This document shows positions 1-9,838 of a stretch of DNA of 64,000 bases, in pieces. The DNA lies in IMG/VR virus record IMGVR_UViG_3300006916_000041, positions 96,001 to 160,000 of that record; one strand, written 5' to 3'. The translations under genes and the position numbers were made by a program. Origin of the DNA: a virus. The stretch's first letter is position 1; the number at the start of each line of letters is the position of its first letter. The notes under the pieces are model-generated. The model was given only the letters and a program-made list of their open reading frames with translations, ran no database searches and was not told the origin of the DNA.

Positions 1-2
1 CA

Positions 3-794
3 GTGGAAACTGTTGCTAAGAAGTTTCCAAACACAAAATTTGAACATGCAACAGGCTACAAAACAAACGGCGTGAACAGTTCAAACTATGGACTAAGACT
101 ATACCAAGCAAGACACGTACAAGGTGTTATTGCAGGTATGATGACCAAAACAAACAAAATTTGTTATGTAGCAGCGTATCCAATTCCAGAAGTTATCCGT
201 GAGATCAACACATACTATCTTGGTGCCAAATCAGTTAACCCTGACGTTGATATCGACATAGTATGGGTATTCACTTGGTATGATCCAGCAAAAGAACAAG
301 ATGCGGCTGTTGCTCTAATGGGCCAGGGCTGTGATGTGATTGCACAACACACAGACTCGCCTGCTCCACTACAGGCAGCAGAAGTCCAAGGCAAGATTGG
401 CTTTGGCCAGGCATCAGACCAAATCAAGTTTGCGCCTAAAGCACAACTTACAGCAACAATTGACAACTGGGGTCCGTACTATGTTGAAAAAGTAGGACAG
501 GTACTAGACGGTACTTGGACACCAATGTGTGATGGTCCAGACGGATGCTACTTTGGACACATGAATGATGGTTCAGTTGAAATGGCACCATTTACAAATA
601 TGCCAGCCGACGTGGCAGCAAAAGCACAGGAAATCAAAGATGCTATTACAGCAGGAGAATACTTTGCTTTCACTGGTCCATTAAATGACAATCAAGGCAA
701 TCAAGTGTTGGCAGCAGGCGAAGTTGCTGATCGTGCGCATCTAGACACTATGATGTACTATGTCGAAGGTATTGATGCAACGGTGCCTAACTAA
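3..794 (+). CDS. BMP-family (purine nucleoside) ABC transporter substrate-binding protein, 5'-partial
   Basis: Motifs FPNTKFEHATG, AAYPIPEVIREIN, WYDPAKEQDAA, QHTDSPAP; runs off the left edge. Confidence 0.85.
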   Translation: METVAKKFPNTKFEHATGYKTNGVNSSNYGLRLYQARHVQGVIAGMMTKTNKICYVAAYPIPEVIREINTYYLGAKSVNPDVDIDIVWVFTWYDPAKEQDAAVALMGQGCDVIAQHTDSPAPLQAAEVQGKIGFGQASDQIKFAPKAQLTATIDNWGPYYVEKVGQVLDGTWTPMCDGPDGCYFGHMNDGSVEMAPFTNMPADVAAKAQEIKDAITAGEYFAFTGPLNDNQGNQVLAAGEVADRAHLDTMMYYVEGIDATVPN

Positions 795-1657
795 TGATTC
801 CAGTAATTGATTTAAAAGCATCGGACGCTTTAGATCGCATTGACGAAGCTTACACCACTGTAGGCTTCGCAGTGTTTACAAATGCGTTGGATGCAGAAGA
901 CAGTACAGATATGAAAAACTGGCAACAACAAATGAAAACATTTTTTGACTTGCCATTGGAAACAAAAAAGCAGTATCCTTATGAAGGTGATACCAACTTG
1001 GGTTACAGCATTATGGGTGCAGAGAATGTAGATCCTACAGCACCAAAAGATATTAAAGAATCATTTAACTATAATAATATGCGTATGCCTGAACACTTGT
1101 GGCCAACCGAACTAGAAGGCTTTAAGCAAAGTGCATTAGAAAGTATTGATATTGCAGATAGACTTACACTGCGTATCTTGGGCAAGTTTGATGAAATACT
1201 GGACACAGGTACTACACTTGTAGATGCACACAGTGAACCATTCAATACTACACGGGTTATACATTATCCTGCGTATGATGGACCTGTTGAAGATAAACAG
1301 ATGCGCATAGGAGAACACAGTGACTACGGTACTATTACTTTACTATGGCAGATTAATGACGTACCTGGACTTGAAGTGCAAGACTTATCTGGGAATTGGC
1401 ATCCCGTCCCATATGCGGATGACGGTGTTGTTGTTAATATTGGTGATCTACTTCAGCGTTGGACTAATGATTATTTCAAAAGCACTAAGCATAGAGTTGT
1501 AAACAGTCATATACATCAACAGCGTTATAGTATGCCACACTTTGTTGATCCTACACCTGGAACTATTGTAAGCAATTTACGCAAAGGTGAAGCAGCAAAG
1601 TACGATCCAATTGAATCAAAAGAATATTTGATGTGGCGACTAGCACAGAGTTACTAA
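794..1657 (+). CDS. Isopenicillin-N-synthase-family 2OG-Fe(II) oxygenase
   Basis: IPVIDL start, HSDYGTITLL (HxD), NIGDLLQRWTN, HRV...RYS. Confidence 0.9.
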   Translation: MIPVIDLKASDALDRIDEAYTTVGFAVFTNALDAEDSTDMKNWQQQMKTFFDLPLETKKQYPYEGDTNLGYSIMGAENVDPTAPKDIKESFNYNNMRMPEHLWPTELEGFKQSALESIDIADRLTLRILGKFDEILDTGTTLVDAHSEPFNTTRVIHYPAYDGPVEDKQMRIGEHSDYGTITLLWQINDVPGLEVQDLSGNWHPVPYADDGVVVNIGDLLQRWTNDYFKSTKHRVVNSHIHQQRYSMPHFVDPTPGTIVSNLRKGEAAKYDPIESKEYLMWRLAQSY

Positions 1658-2155
1658 ATGACAGATGAAATACAAATATATGACGATTATCTAGCAAGCC
1701 AAGAACTTGATAATCTACAAAACTTGTTTTTTAACAATACAGATTTTCCTTATTTCTTTAATAATCATAAAGTTGACCAGGGAGATGGGTTTTCACAATT
1801 TACTCATCAATTCTATATAAACAATACCATTAATAGTAATTTTTACAATTATTTAAGTTGTATACTAGATAAGATAGATCCGTTGGCTATTATAGGAATT
1901 AAAGCAAACTTGCAAATGAAAACCAAAGAAATCAAAACAACACCCATGCATCAAGATTATGCTAACACGCTAGACAATCAAAAAACTGGAATATTTTATG
2001 TAAACACAAACAATGGTAAAACTATATTCGAGGACGGACAAGAAATTTCTAGTGTTGCTAATAGATTGATTGTTTTTCCAGCAAAAAGATATCATGCAGG
2101 AACCACTCACACAGATGCAGATTATAGATGTGTTATTAACTTGAATTGGTTTTAA
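1658..2155 (+). CDS. Phage-type 2OG-Fe(II) oxygenase
   Basis: HQD...HAG...RCVINLNW; NTNNGKTIF. Confidence 0.75.
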   Translation: MTDEIQIYDDYLASQELDNLQNLFFNNTDFPYFFNNHKVDQGDGFSQFTHQFYINNTINSNFYNYLSCILDKIDPLAIIGIKANLQMKTKEIKTTPMHQDYANTLDNQKTGIFYVNTNNGKTIFEDGQEISSVANRLIVFPAKRYHAGTTHTDADYRCVINLNWF

Positions 2156-2170
2156 ATGAGGGTATTAACC

Positions 2171-2413
2171 ATGCACAGTACAAGCGGTAGTATCATCCAA
2201 GCAAACGATGACCAAATTGATATGAAAACTGACTTGATTGTCAAAGGCAGAAACATACTAAATGAACTTGACAATCTACACCGACATATGCTATTATTAC
2301 CAAGAGATCAGAAATTACAAGACAAGTATCCTGAACTCAAACAAGCGTATGACGCATACAATGAGTTGTACAGAGAAATCCTTATAGCAGATAAGATGAT
2401 GAACAATGATTAA
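2171..2413 (+). CDS. Hypothetical protein
   Basis: ORF in a tightly packed operon; start uncertain (2156 or 2171). Confidence 0.6.
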   Translation: MHSTSGSIIQANDDQIDMKTDLIVKGRNILNELDNLHRHMLLLPRDQKLQDKYPELKQAYDAYNELYREILIADKMMNND

Positions 2414-2417
2414 AAAA
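2385..2417 (+). repeat. 33-bp direct repeat, copy 1
   Basis: TAGCAGATAAGATGATGAACAATGATTAAAAAA; one mismatch to 2965-2997. Confidence 0.9.
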
Positions 2418-2993
2418 TACTGTATGCAAGATTATTATTATGTTTCTACAGTAAAGGAACATCTTGATTATAAGATAAAGTTAATTGATGCTATAGAATC
2501 TATGCCTAGTCACGAATCCTTTAAACCGTATGAGAATTTAACAAATCAAGATTATAGATTACCAGAAGATTTTCCTAGACCATATTTAGATTTATTTTAC
2601 GAAATGGTTGTTCCATATGTAAAAGATTTAGGAAATTTATTAGGATTTTATGCCTGGCAAATACATAATGCATGGTTTCAACAATACTACAATAACGATT
2701 CTCACGATTGGCACAATCACGCTTGTGTAAATTTTACTAATATATATTACTTAGAACTTCCTAGTCAAGAGTTAGTAACAGAACTATATGATCCTCATAG
2801 CAAGAAAATTGTTAATCTTGAAGGAATAGAAGAAGGACAGTTTGTTACATTTCCGGGTCATTGGATACACCGATCACCAAAAAATCTAACAAATGAAAGA
2901 AAAACAATTGTAGCATTTAACACTAGTTACGGAGAAGTAGATTTTGAATCTATTAATAAAGCATTAGCAGATGAGATGATGAACAATGATTAA
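2406..2993 (+). CDS. Putative 2OG-Fe(II) oxygenase
   Basis: WFQQY...HDWHNH...FPGHWIHRS...TIVAFN jelly-roll motifs. Confidence 0.75.
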   Translation: MIKKYCMQDYYYVSTVKEHLDYKIKLIDAIESMPSHESFKPYENLTNQDYRLPEDFPRPYLDLFYEMVVPYVKDLGNLLGFYAWQIHNAWFQQYYNNDSHDWHNHACVNFTNIYYLELPSQELVTELYDPHSKKIVNLEGIEEGQFVTFPGHWIHRSPKNLTNERKTIVAFNTSYGEVDFESINKALADEMMNND

Positions 2994-2997
2994 AAAA
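2965..2997 (+). repeat. 33-bp direct repeat, copy 2
   Basis: TAGCAGATGAGATGATGAACAATGATTAAAAAA. Confidence 0.9.
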
Positions 2998-3570
2998 CAT
3001 AGATACAGTTGGCAAGACGTAGAAAAAATGTGTGTACAGATTGTAAATCAAATGTATGCAGACAGATGGAAGCCTGATTACATTGTAGGCATTACACGAG
3101 GTGGTAATATTCCTGCAACTATTATTAGTAACATGACTGGTATTCGTTGCGAAGCTCTCAAAGTAAGCCTGCGTGATGATGACCGTGAAAGCGAAAGTAA
3201 CTGCTGGATGGCAGAAGATGCATTTGGTTATGTACAAGAATATGACAGAGCAGGTATATTTGAAAAATCAACTAGTGATCCTGCAAAGAAAAAGAACATA
3301 CTTATTGTAGATGACATCAACGACACTGGTGCTACATTCAATTGGATTATGCAGGATTGGCAAAGTGGTTGCTTGCCTGATCATCCAAATTGGGACACTG
3401 TTTGGAATCAAAATGTTCGTTTTGCAACACTAACAGACAACCTAGCCAGTGAATTCACAGAGCATTGTGCGTATACATGTCATGAAATTAATAAAGCTGA
3501 AGAAGATGTTTGGCTGGTTTATCCTTGGGAAGATGTAGGAGAATACAATGTGGACACTTTGGATTATTAG
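2986..3570 (+). CDS. Purine phosphoribosyltransferase (Gpt/Hpt-like)
   Basis: IVGITRGG, ILIVDDINDTGAT PRPP motif, WLVYPWE. Confidence 0.85.
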   Translation: MIKKHRYSWQDVEKMCVQIVNQMYADRWKPDYIVGITRGGNIPATIISNMTGIRCEALKVSLRDDDRESESNCWMAEDAFGYVQEYDRAGIFEKSTSDPAKKKNILIVDDINDTGATFNWIMQDWQSGCLPDHPNWDTVWNQNVRFATLTDNLASEFTEHCAYTCHEINKAEEDVWLVYPWEDVGEYNVDTLDY

Positions 3571-3712
3571 TACAGTTGTTGGGTTAGAAGAACCTAAATA
3601 CACTCGTTACGAAGAATATGCTAGTAAGTTAGAATGTCAAGTTGCTTGGCATAAAATTACTACAGATTTTACACAAGGTGAAGCAGCATTTTGTGAGGGA
3701 GAAGATAAATGA
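3548..3712 (+). CDS. Small hypothetical protein (hydrophobic N-terminus, two Cys)
   Basis: Manually translated 54 aa MWTLWIISTVVG...LECQ...FCEGEDK; ATGA overlap with next gene. Confidence 0.6.
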   Translation: MWTLWIISTVVGLEEPKYTRYEEYASKLECQVAWHKITTDFTQGEAAFCEGEDK

Positions 3713-3954
3713 GTTTCGAATGGAATCGTATTCACAAATGGGAAGAAAATCTTGAACGTGATGCAACAGATGGCGTTTATGAATATGTATGTGAATACTA
3801 CGGAATCGACGATGTAGAAGAACTTACTGAAGAACAGCTAGCAGAAGTTGAAGCATTTAGAGATGAACTAAACGAATACAGTCTTATGCAAATTGGATTT
3901 AGCAACTTAATTAATCATGTAGAATCAATCCATTGGGAGAAAGAAAATGGGTAA
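3709..3954 (+). CDS. Hypothetical acidic protein
   Basis: ORF with GAGGGAGA upstream. Confidence 0.7.
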   Translation: MSFEWNRIHKWEENLERDATDGVYEYVCEYYGIDDVEELTEEQLAEVEAFRDELNEYSLMQIGFSNLINHVESIHWEKENG

Positions 3955-4717
3955 GAAAATTTATATTCGTGGTAATAACTACGGTGGTGAAATGACCATT
4001 GGTGAAGTTACAAAGGAGTTTGTAGAATATTGGCAACCTATTTGTAAAGAAGAAGGCGACAGTCGTCTTATTGATCATTTAATGGCACTAGAAGCTTGGG
4101 ATAGTGATCCCGAAGACGAAGAAGGATTTGATTCGGACAGTCCGCCAATATACACAGACGACACAGTTTGGAATAACTGGTACGAAAATGACGAAATTCA
4201 TCATGACAACAGTGCAAACGGAACAGAACTTTGGGCATTCCCAATGACTGAAGGTGAACATGGTGAGCCAGTTTACGACTGGGACGAACGTATTGAATTT
4301 GAACCACATCAACTGTACAGTCGCGAATGTTACACACAAGAAGAATATCAAAATGAAGAGCCAGATGAGGACAACAGTGTTCCTGTACTAGTATTTTATT
4401 CAAGTGAAAAAGGCGAGTTTGGGGGCTGGACTGTCGAGCTAGAGGACGACGAAGAGTTTGATCCTAACAAAGTAGCTGTAAGTATTGTTGAAACTGATCA
4501 TGGCGAAATGATCGAACGTCTGTTTTATGACAAAAAAGAATATGATTGCGAATATGACTGGTGTGATAGTCGCGGCAAAGGTTACTATGCACACGTAGCG
4601 TGGTTCAACAAACGTTGGGAAGATCCGCATATTAACGAAGAAACAGACAAAGATATGTGGGATGAAGTTTGGGAATACTACGATGACGAGCTAGCTGAAA
4701 AGGCTGCCGTTGAATGA
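3947..4717 (+). CDS. Hypothetical highly acidic phage protein
   Basis: 256 aa D/E-rich ORF coupled to both neighbours. Confidence 0.75.
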   Translation: MGKKIYIRGNNYGGEMTIGEVTKEFVEYWQPICKEEGDSRLIDHLMALEAWDSDPEDEEGFDSDSPPIYTDDTVWNNWYENDEIHHDNSANGTELWAFPMTEGEHGEPVYDWDERIEFEPHQLYSRECYTQEEYQNEEPDEDNSVPVLVFYSSEKGEFGGWTVELEDDEEFDPNKVAVSIVETDHGEMIERLFYDKKEYDCEYDWCDSRGKGYYAHVAWFNKRWEDPHINEETDKDMWDEVWEYYDDELAEKAAVE

Positions 4718-5265
4718 GAGGAAGACTAGAAGTTTATGCAGGTCCGATGTATGCCGGCAAAACCAGCAAACTGTTACAGCGTGTATTGTGGATTGACCAT
4801 CAACAAAAGAAAGTATTGTGCATAAAGCCTTCTAAAGACGATCGCTACAGTCAAGATACTATTGTAACACACAATCAGCTGAGTTATCCTTGTATAAGTA
4901 TCAGTGAGTTTGATGAAATAGAAGAACACTACAACATCATGCCCTATAACTTTAATACAGTAGTATTAGACGAAGTGCAATTCATGAACGCTAAAGAAAC
5001 CGTCGAAGGTGTTGAACTGTGGTTGCACAGTGGCGTAAATGTAATTGCCGCAGGACTAGATCAAGACTCAAGAGGTGTACCTTTTGAAACAACCAGTCAA
5101 CTACTAGGACTTGCTGACTGTGTTGAAAAGATAACAGCCATATGCACAACTTGCGGCAAAGAAGCCACAAAAACTTATAGAGTAAAAGCACAAGGTGAAC
5201 GTATTCAAGTAGGTAGCATGGGCATGTACGAACCAAGATGTCTTGAACATTGGGAGCCAAAATAA
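4714..5265 (+). CDS. tk: Thymidine kinase
   Basis: GPMYAGKT P-loop, DEVQF, AGLD, CxxC...YEPRC Zn site. Confidence 0.95.
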   Translation: MRGRLEVYAGPMYAGKTSKLLQRVLWIDHQQKKVLCIKPSKDDRYSQDTIVTHNQLSYPCISISEFDEIEEHYNIMPYNFNTVVLDEVQFMNAKETVEGVELWLHSGVNVIAAGLDQDSRGVPFETTSQLLGLADCVEKITAICTTCGKEATKTYRVKAQGERIQVGSMGMYEPRCLEHWEPK

Positions 5266-5801
5266 TGATCAGATGGGAAGATTATATAAGAACAATACCA
5301 AATTATCCACAAGAAGGTATTAATTTTTACGACCTTAACAGTTTGTTTGCTGGGCCTATGTTTAGCAAAGCAGTACAAGAAATGACTAAGAAAGTAACTG
5401 AATATACAGACAATCCTACACACATTGTAGGTGTTGAAAGTAGAGGATTTGTACTAGGTGCAGCTATAGCACACGAATTAAACTTACCTTTTGTGATGGT
5501 ACGTAAAAAAGGTGCTAAGTATCCCGGTGAATTATTAGAGCAAAGCTATGATTTAGAATATGGTAGTGCAACACTTACACTGCAAACAGGACTGTTAGGT
5601 CACACAGACCGTTGTGTTATTGTAGATGATTTGGTTGCTACCGGTGGTAGTATGATGGCCACAAGAGACTTAGTAAAACAAACAGGTGCGAAAGTTCTAC
5701 GAGGTGTTACTGTGATTGATTTGGTATATGTAAGAAGAGATATCGATGCAAGTTTAGATTTTCCTGTTAGCGCACTAGAAACGGTATGGAACAATGAGTG
5801 A
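5265..5801 (+). CDS. apt: Adenine phosphoribosyltransferase
   Basis: IPNYPQEGINFYD, VESRGF, RKKG, YDLEYG, VDDLVATGGS. Confidence 0.93.
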   Translation: MIRWEDYIRTIPNYPQEGINFYDLNSLFAGPMFSKAVQEMTKKVTEYTDNPTHIVGVESRGFVLGAAIAHELNLPFVMVRKKGAKYPGELLEQSYDLEYGSATLTLQTGLLGHTDRCVIVDDLVATGGSMMATRDLVKQTGAKVLRGVTVIDLVYVRRDIDASLDFPVSALETVWNNE

Positions 5802-5919
5802 ATGGTATGATGTAATAATTGCAAATATTTTGTTTTGGCCTATCTATATTTGGATGTGCAGTTTACCTGCTAAAATGTTTGAGTATAGTATAAACAATTT
5901 TGATAAGGTAAAACGATGA
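5794..5919 (+). CDS. Small membrane peptide
   Basis: 41 aa MSEWYDVIIANILFWPIYIWM..., fills the gap and overlaps both neighbours. Confidence 0.5.
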   Translation: MSEWYDVIIANILFWPIYIWMCSLPAKMFEYSINNFDKVKR

Positions 5920-6101
5920 AGTATACAAAACAAGGTGAAAATAGTTGGCTTGTAGAAGTGCAAGAAAACAGTAAAACCAAAGAGCTGTACATCGAATTTC
6001 CCCCTGATGCACTTAATCAAGTTGGTTGGGATGAAGGAGATACACTAATCTGGGAAGAATTGCCAAGTGGTGCATGGAGTGTAACAAAAAAATGCACATA
6101 G
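5916..6101 (+). CDS. AbrB/MazE-like small protein
   Basis: LYIEFPPDALNQVGWDEGDTLIW pattern. Confidence 0.65.
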   Translation: MKYTKQGENSWLVEVQENSKTKELYIEFPPDALNQVGWDEGDTLIWEELPSGAWSVTKKCT

Positions 6102-6859
6102 GTGTAGTCGGATGTGGCTTTGTAGGAGGCACAGTTGCTGAATACTTAGAAAGTCAATACATAAACGTTTGTAGAGTAGATCCAAAACTTTATCCTAACA
6201 CAACGTTAGATGATATCAAAGAAACTTGTGAAGGGTTTATACTTTGTTTACCTACACCCCAAGGCGAAAACGGTGTATGTGATGATAGTGCTATTGTACA
6301 AGTATTAGAACAATTAAACACAACTAAGCCTGTACTACTCAAAAGCACAGTAACTCCTGATTTACTTGCAAAATATCCTAACAATGTCACGTACAATCCA
6401 GAATTTTTGAGAGCAGCTCATGCTAAAGAAGATTTTGACAATCAAGAAATTTTTATATTAGGTAGCGACAACGAACAACACATACAGTTTTGGGAGGACT
6501 TGTTCAAAAGTCTAAATACACGAGTAGTGCAAACAAACCGTACTACAGCAAGTATGATAAAGTATGTTCACAATGCATGGTTAGCTACTAAGGTAGCATT
6601 TTTTCATGAAGTGTTTGCAAATGCACCCAAGGATATGAACTACAGTATGTTAACAAGTACACTAGCACAAATGCGTAACATCGGCCCAAGTCACATGATG
6701 GTACCCAACAGTAAACAAACACTTGGTTTTGATGGCTATTGTTTTCCCAAGGACACAAAAGCCTTGACAGAATTTATGGATCATACTATACTAGAACAAG
6801 TCATAACCACAAACAAGCGTCTAAATAAAAGGAATGTTAATGAAAGAACCAAGAGTTGA
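6092..6859 (+). CDS. UDP-glucose/GDP-mannose dehydrogenase-like (short phage form)
   Basis: GCGFVG, CLPTP, KSTV, NPEFLR, GFDGYCFPKD. Confidence 0.9.
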   Translation: MHIGVVGCGFVGGTVAEYLESQYINVCRVDPKLYPNTTLDDIKETCEGFILCLPTPQGENGVCDDSAIVQVLEQLNTTKPVLLKSTVTPDLLAKYPNNVTYNPEFLRAAHAKEDFDNQEIFILGSDNEQHIQFWEDLFKSLNTRVVQTNRTTASMIKYVHNAWLATKVAFFHEVFANAPKDMNYSMLTSTLAQMRNIGPSHMMVPNSKQTLGFDGYCFPKDTKALTEFMDHTILEQVITTNKRLNKRNVNERTKS

Positions 6860-7010
6860 AAAATTAATTGAAGAGCTAAGATCAAGTGTTGAAAGAATCA
6901 ATCGCTTGGACAAGCTACTACAACAGTCTGGTGTAACATACAGTTTAAGTCGTAGCACACGTGACGAACCTTTTAAATTACAAGATGTAGTACAGAAAGT
7001 AGAGTATTAA
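6840..7010 (+). CDS. Small hypothetical protein
   Basis: 56 aa MKEPRVEKLIEELR...; GGA RBS; TAATG junction with queE. Confidence 0.55.
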   Translation: MKEPRVEKLIEELRSSVERINRLDKLLQQSGVTYSLSRSTRDEPFKLQDVVQKVEY

Positions 7011-7903
7011 TGAAACTAAGATACAGTGAAGCATTTTACAGCGTACAAGGTGAAGGCAAATACGTAGGCGTACCCAGTGTATTCCTACGTACTTTTGGTT
7101 GTAACTTTCGCTGTATGAACTTTGGACTTCCCAAAGACAAAGATCGTTGGGAGCAACATCAAGAAGGCAATCGTTATAATCCAGAAGTAAAGGAATTAAT
7201 AGATAAAGGTGTACATTTAACAACTGTAAACTTTGAAGACTTGCCTATTATTCACACAGGTTGTGACACATATGCAAGTATCTATCCAGAGTTTAAGCAT
7301 TTTAATAAACAAGCTACTGTAGATGAAGTTGTAGATCATTTGATTAGTTTACTGCCAGAAGGTAAATGGACACAGGATAATGGTCAAGATATACATTTAA
7401 TTCTCACAGGCGGTGAACCTTTACTAGCATGGCAAAAATTATACGTCGAATTATTCGAGCATCCAAAGATGAAGGACTTGAAAAATGTCACATTTGAAAC
7501 AAACACTACACAACTATTACACGACGATCTGTTCGAGTATATCAATAATAATGACACAATTGAATGGACATTTAGTTGTAGCCCTAAACTTTCCGTCTCA
7601 GGAGAAACTTGGGAAACAGCTATCAAACCTGACGTCTTGCGGGATTACGCTCGTTGTGACAACAGTAATGTTTATCTCAAATTTGTTGTTGCTGATATGG
7701 ATGATGTTGATGAAGTTGGTAGAGCTGTTATGGAATATCGTAGTGCAGGTGTGGAGTGCCCTGTCTATCTTATGCCACTTGGCGGTCGTTCAGAAGGATA
7801 CGACCTTACGGTACAGGAGGTGGCGAAGTTATGTATGGAACAAGGCTGGAGATTTACCCCAAGACTCCACATCAGCTTATTCGGAAATGCCTGGGGAACT
7901 TGA
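7010..7903 (+). CDS. queE: 7-carboxy-7-deazaguanine synthase-like radical SAM enzyme
   Basis: EAFYSVQGEG, FLRTFGCNFRC...CDT, TGGEP, ETN, SPK, RLH. Confidence 0.85.
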   Translation: MKLRYSEAFYSVQGEGKYVGVPSVFLRTFGCNFRCMNFGLPKDKDRWEQHQEGNRYNPEVKELIDKGVHLTTVNFEDLPIIHTGCDTYASIYPEFKHFNKQATVDEVVDHLISLLPEGKWTQDNGQDIHLILTGGEPLLAWQKLYVELFEHPKMKDLKNVTFETNTTQLLHDDLFEYINNNDTIEWTFSCSPKLSVSGETWETAIKPDVLRDYARCDNSNVYLKFVVADMDDVDEVGRAVMEYRSAGVECPVYLMPLGGRSEGYDLTVQEVAKLCMEQGWRFTPRLHISLFGNAWGT

Positions 7904-7974
7904 TAAGATTGCCAAATACACCAAAGGCATACACACCGAAGAGCAATACGAAAAAATAAGGAAACAATTATAAC

Positions 7975-9063
7975 ATGAACAATTACATTTTTACTAGCGA
8001 AAGTGTTAGCGAAGGACACCCAGATAAAGTTGCAGACCAAATCTCAGACGCACTCGTTGATGCTGGTTTAGCAGCGGGAGATGAAACAACTCGTGTTGCT
8101 GTTGAAACACTTGTAACTACCAATCATGTAACATTGGCGGGCGAAGTAAAAAACTTCAATGTAAGCAAAGAAAAAATTAAAGAAATTGTACGCAACAAAG
8201 TTCGAGAGATTGGCTATGAGCAAGATGGTTTCCATTGGGATAATTTAAATATCTATAATGAAATTCATGCTCAAAGCGGTGACATTGCACTAGGTACAGA
8301 TGATTTTGGAGCAGGTGATCAAGGTATTATGTTTGGCTATGCTTGTAATGACAATGACGCATATATGCCAGCACCGATTTATTACTCGCACGAAATTCTA
8401 AAACGTTTGTGTGATATGCGCAAAGACGGTTATGAATACCTAGGACCAGACGCTAAATCACAAGTAAGTGTTGAATACGAAGGCGGGCGTGTAAAGCGTA
8501 TTGACCAAGTTGTTGTAAGTCAACAGCACCGCGAAGGGTTTGGAAATAGTGCTGTTATGCCAATTCGTGATGCTGTAAATGAAACATTAGGAGATTTGAT
8601 TGATAAAAATACTGTATGGCATATTAATCCTACAGGTAACTTTGTTATTGGCGGTCCAGATGGCGATGCTGGTGTCACTGGGCGCAAAATTATCGTTGAT
8701 ACTTATGGCGGTTTTGCCCCTCACGGTGGTGGTGCTTTTAGTGGAAAAGATCCTACAAAAGTAGATCGCAGTGCAGCATACATGGCACGTTGGCTTGCCA
8801 AAAATGTAGTAGCAGACGACATGGCAGATTGGTGTCAAATACAACTTAGCTATGCTATAGGTGTTAAAGAGCCGACGAGTATCTATGTTGATTCAAATGG
8901 ACATAATCGTTCAATTCAAAAGTTTATTGAGAACAATATTGACTTAACACCAAAAGGTATTATTGATAGATTTGACTTATTTAACTTTACACAGTATAGT
9001 AGTAACTGTACATATGGACACTTTGGAAACAAAGATGTTCCTTGGGAACGTATAGGTTGGTAA
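7975..9063 (+). CDS. metK: S-adenosylmethionine synthetase
   Basis: FTSESVSEGHPDK, GAGDQG, GGGAFSGKDPTKVDRS. Confidence 0.98.
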   Translation: MNNYIFTSESVSEGHPDKVADQISDALVDAGLAAGDETTRVAVETLVTTNHVTLAGEVKNFNVSKEKIKEIVRNKVREIGYEQDGFHWDNLNIYNEIHAQSGDIALGTDDFGAGDQGIMFGYACNDNDAYMPAPIYYSHEILKRLCDMRKDGYEYLGPDAKSQVSVEYEGGRVKRIDQVVVSQQHREGFGNSAVMPIRDAVNETLGDLIDKNTVWHINPTGNFVIGGPDGDAGVTGRKIIVDTYGGFAPHGGGAFSGKDPTKVDRSAAYMARWLAKNVVADDMADWCQIQLSYAIGVKEPTSIYVDSNGHNRSIQKFIENNIDLTPKGIIDRFDLFNFTQYSSNCTYGHFGNKDVPWERIGW

Positions 9064-9081
9064 ATAATAGTAGAGAACAGT

Positions 9082-9363
9082 ATGTTAGACAAACTCAAAA
9101 ATATTTTTAATAAAAGTAAAGATATAGAAACCAAAGAACAAGCCGTCGGACCTTGGGTTAAAGTGGTTGAAGTACACTTTGATAAAGAAAATCCACAACG
9201 TGGTTATTTTGAACTGGACTGGAATGAAGACTTTGTTGGTTTATTAGGCGAAGCAGGTTATGCAGGGCCTACTCCAGAAGCTGTTGTTGATCTATGGTTC
9301 AATGATCTCTGCCGTAGCATTGTGTTAGAACAAGAGTTAGCAGGCAATGATGTTCAACAATAA
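9082..9363 (+). CDS. Hypothetical phage protein
   Basis: ORF after a TAAATA motif; GYFELDWN. Confidence 0.7.
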   Translation: MLDKLKNIFNKSKDIETKEQAVGPWVKVVEVHFDKENPQRGYFELDWNEDFVGLLGEAGYAGPTPEAVVDLWFNDLCRSIVLEQELAGNDVQQ

Positions 9364-9835
9364 ACAAGTTGAAGAACTAATAAATTTACTAACAACATTA
9401 AATGAAAAAACTAAAATTTATTTTGGATGTGACAGTGTCAGAGTTATCAAAAATAACATCTGGTATGCACGTTTTGCCACAGTGGTAATAGTACACAAAA
9501 ACGGTAATAATGGTTGCCGTTTGTTTAGTCACGAAAGCACAGAAATAGATTATGATGTTAGACAAAACAGACCTAAAATGAGATTGATGCACGAAGCAAT
9601 GAAAGTTTGCGATGCATACCTACAACTTGCACCTTTAATAGACGAGTTTGATTGTGAAATACATTTGGATATTAATAGCGATCCTGGTGCAGGAAGTTAT
9701 TGTGCTGCTAAAGAAGCTGCTGGTTATGTGTTGGGTATGACTGGTGTTGAGCCTAAACTAAAACCGCACGGATTTGCTGCTAGCTATGGCGCAGACGGTG
9801 TAGCACACGGACGCAGTCAGAAAATACAAGTATAA
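9347..9835 (+). CDS. RNase H-like YkuK/DUF458 family protein
   Basis: IYFGCDS, RLMHEA, EIHLDIN, KPHGFAASYGAD. Confidence 0.8.
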   Translation: MMFNNKQVEELINLLTTLNEKTKIYFGCDSVRVIKNNIWYARFATVVIVHKNGNNGCRLFSHESTEIDYDVRQNRPKMRLMHEAMKVCDAYLQLAPLIDEFDCEIHLDINSDPGAGSYCAAKEAAGYVLGMTGVEPKLKPHGFAASYGADGVAHGRSQKIQV

Positions 9836-9838
9836 TGA

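Noticed and set aside
7485-7973. 162 aa alternate-frame ORF over queE
   Set aside because: Lies almost wholly within queE; only the last 28 aa (7887-7973) might be a real micro-ORF, and this is unsupported.
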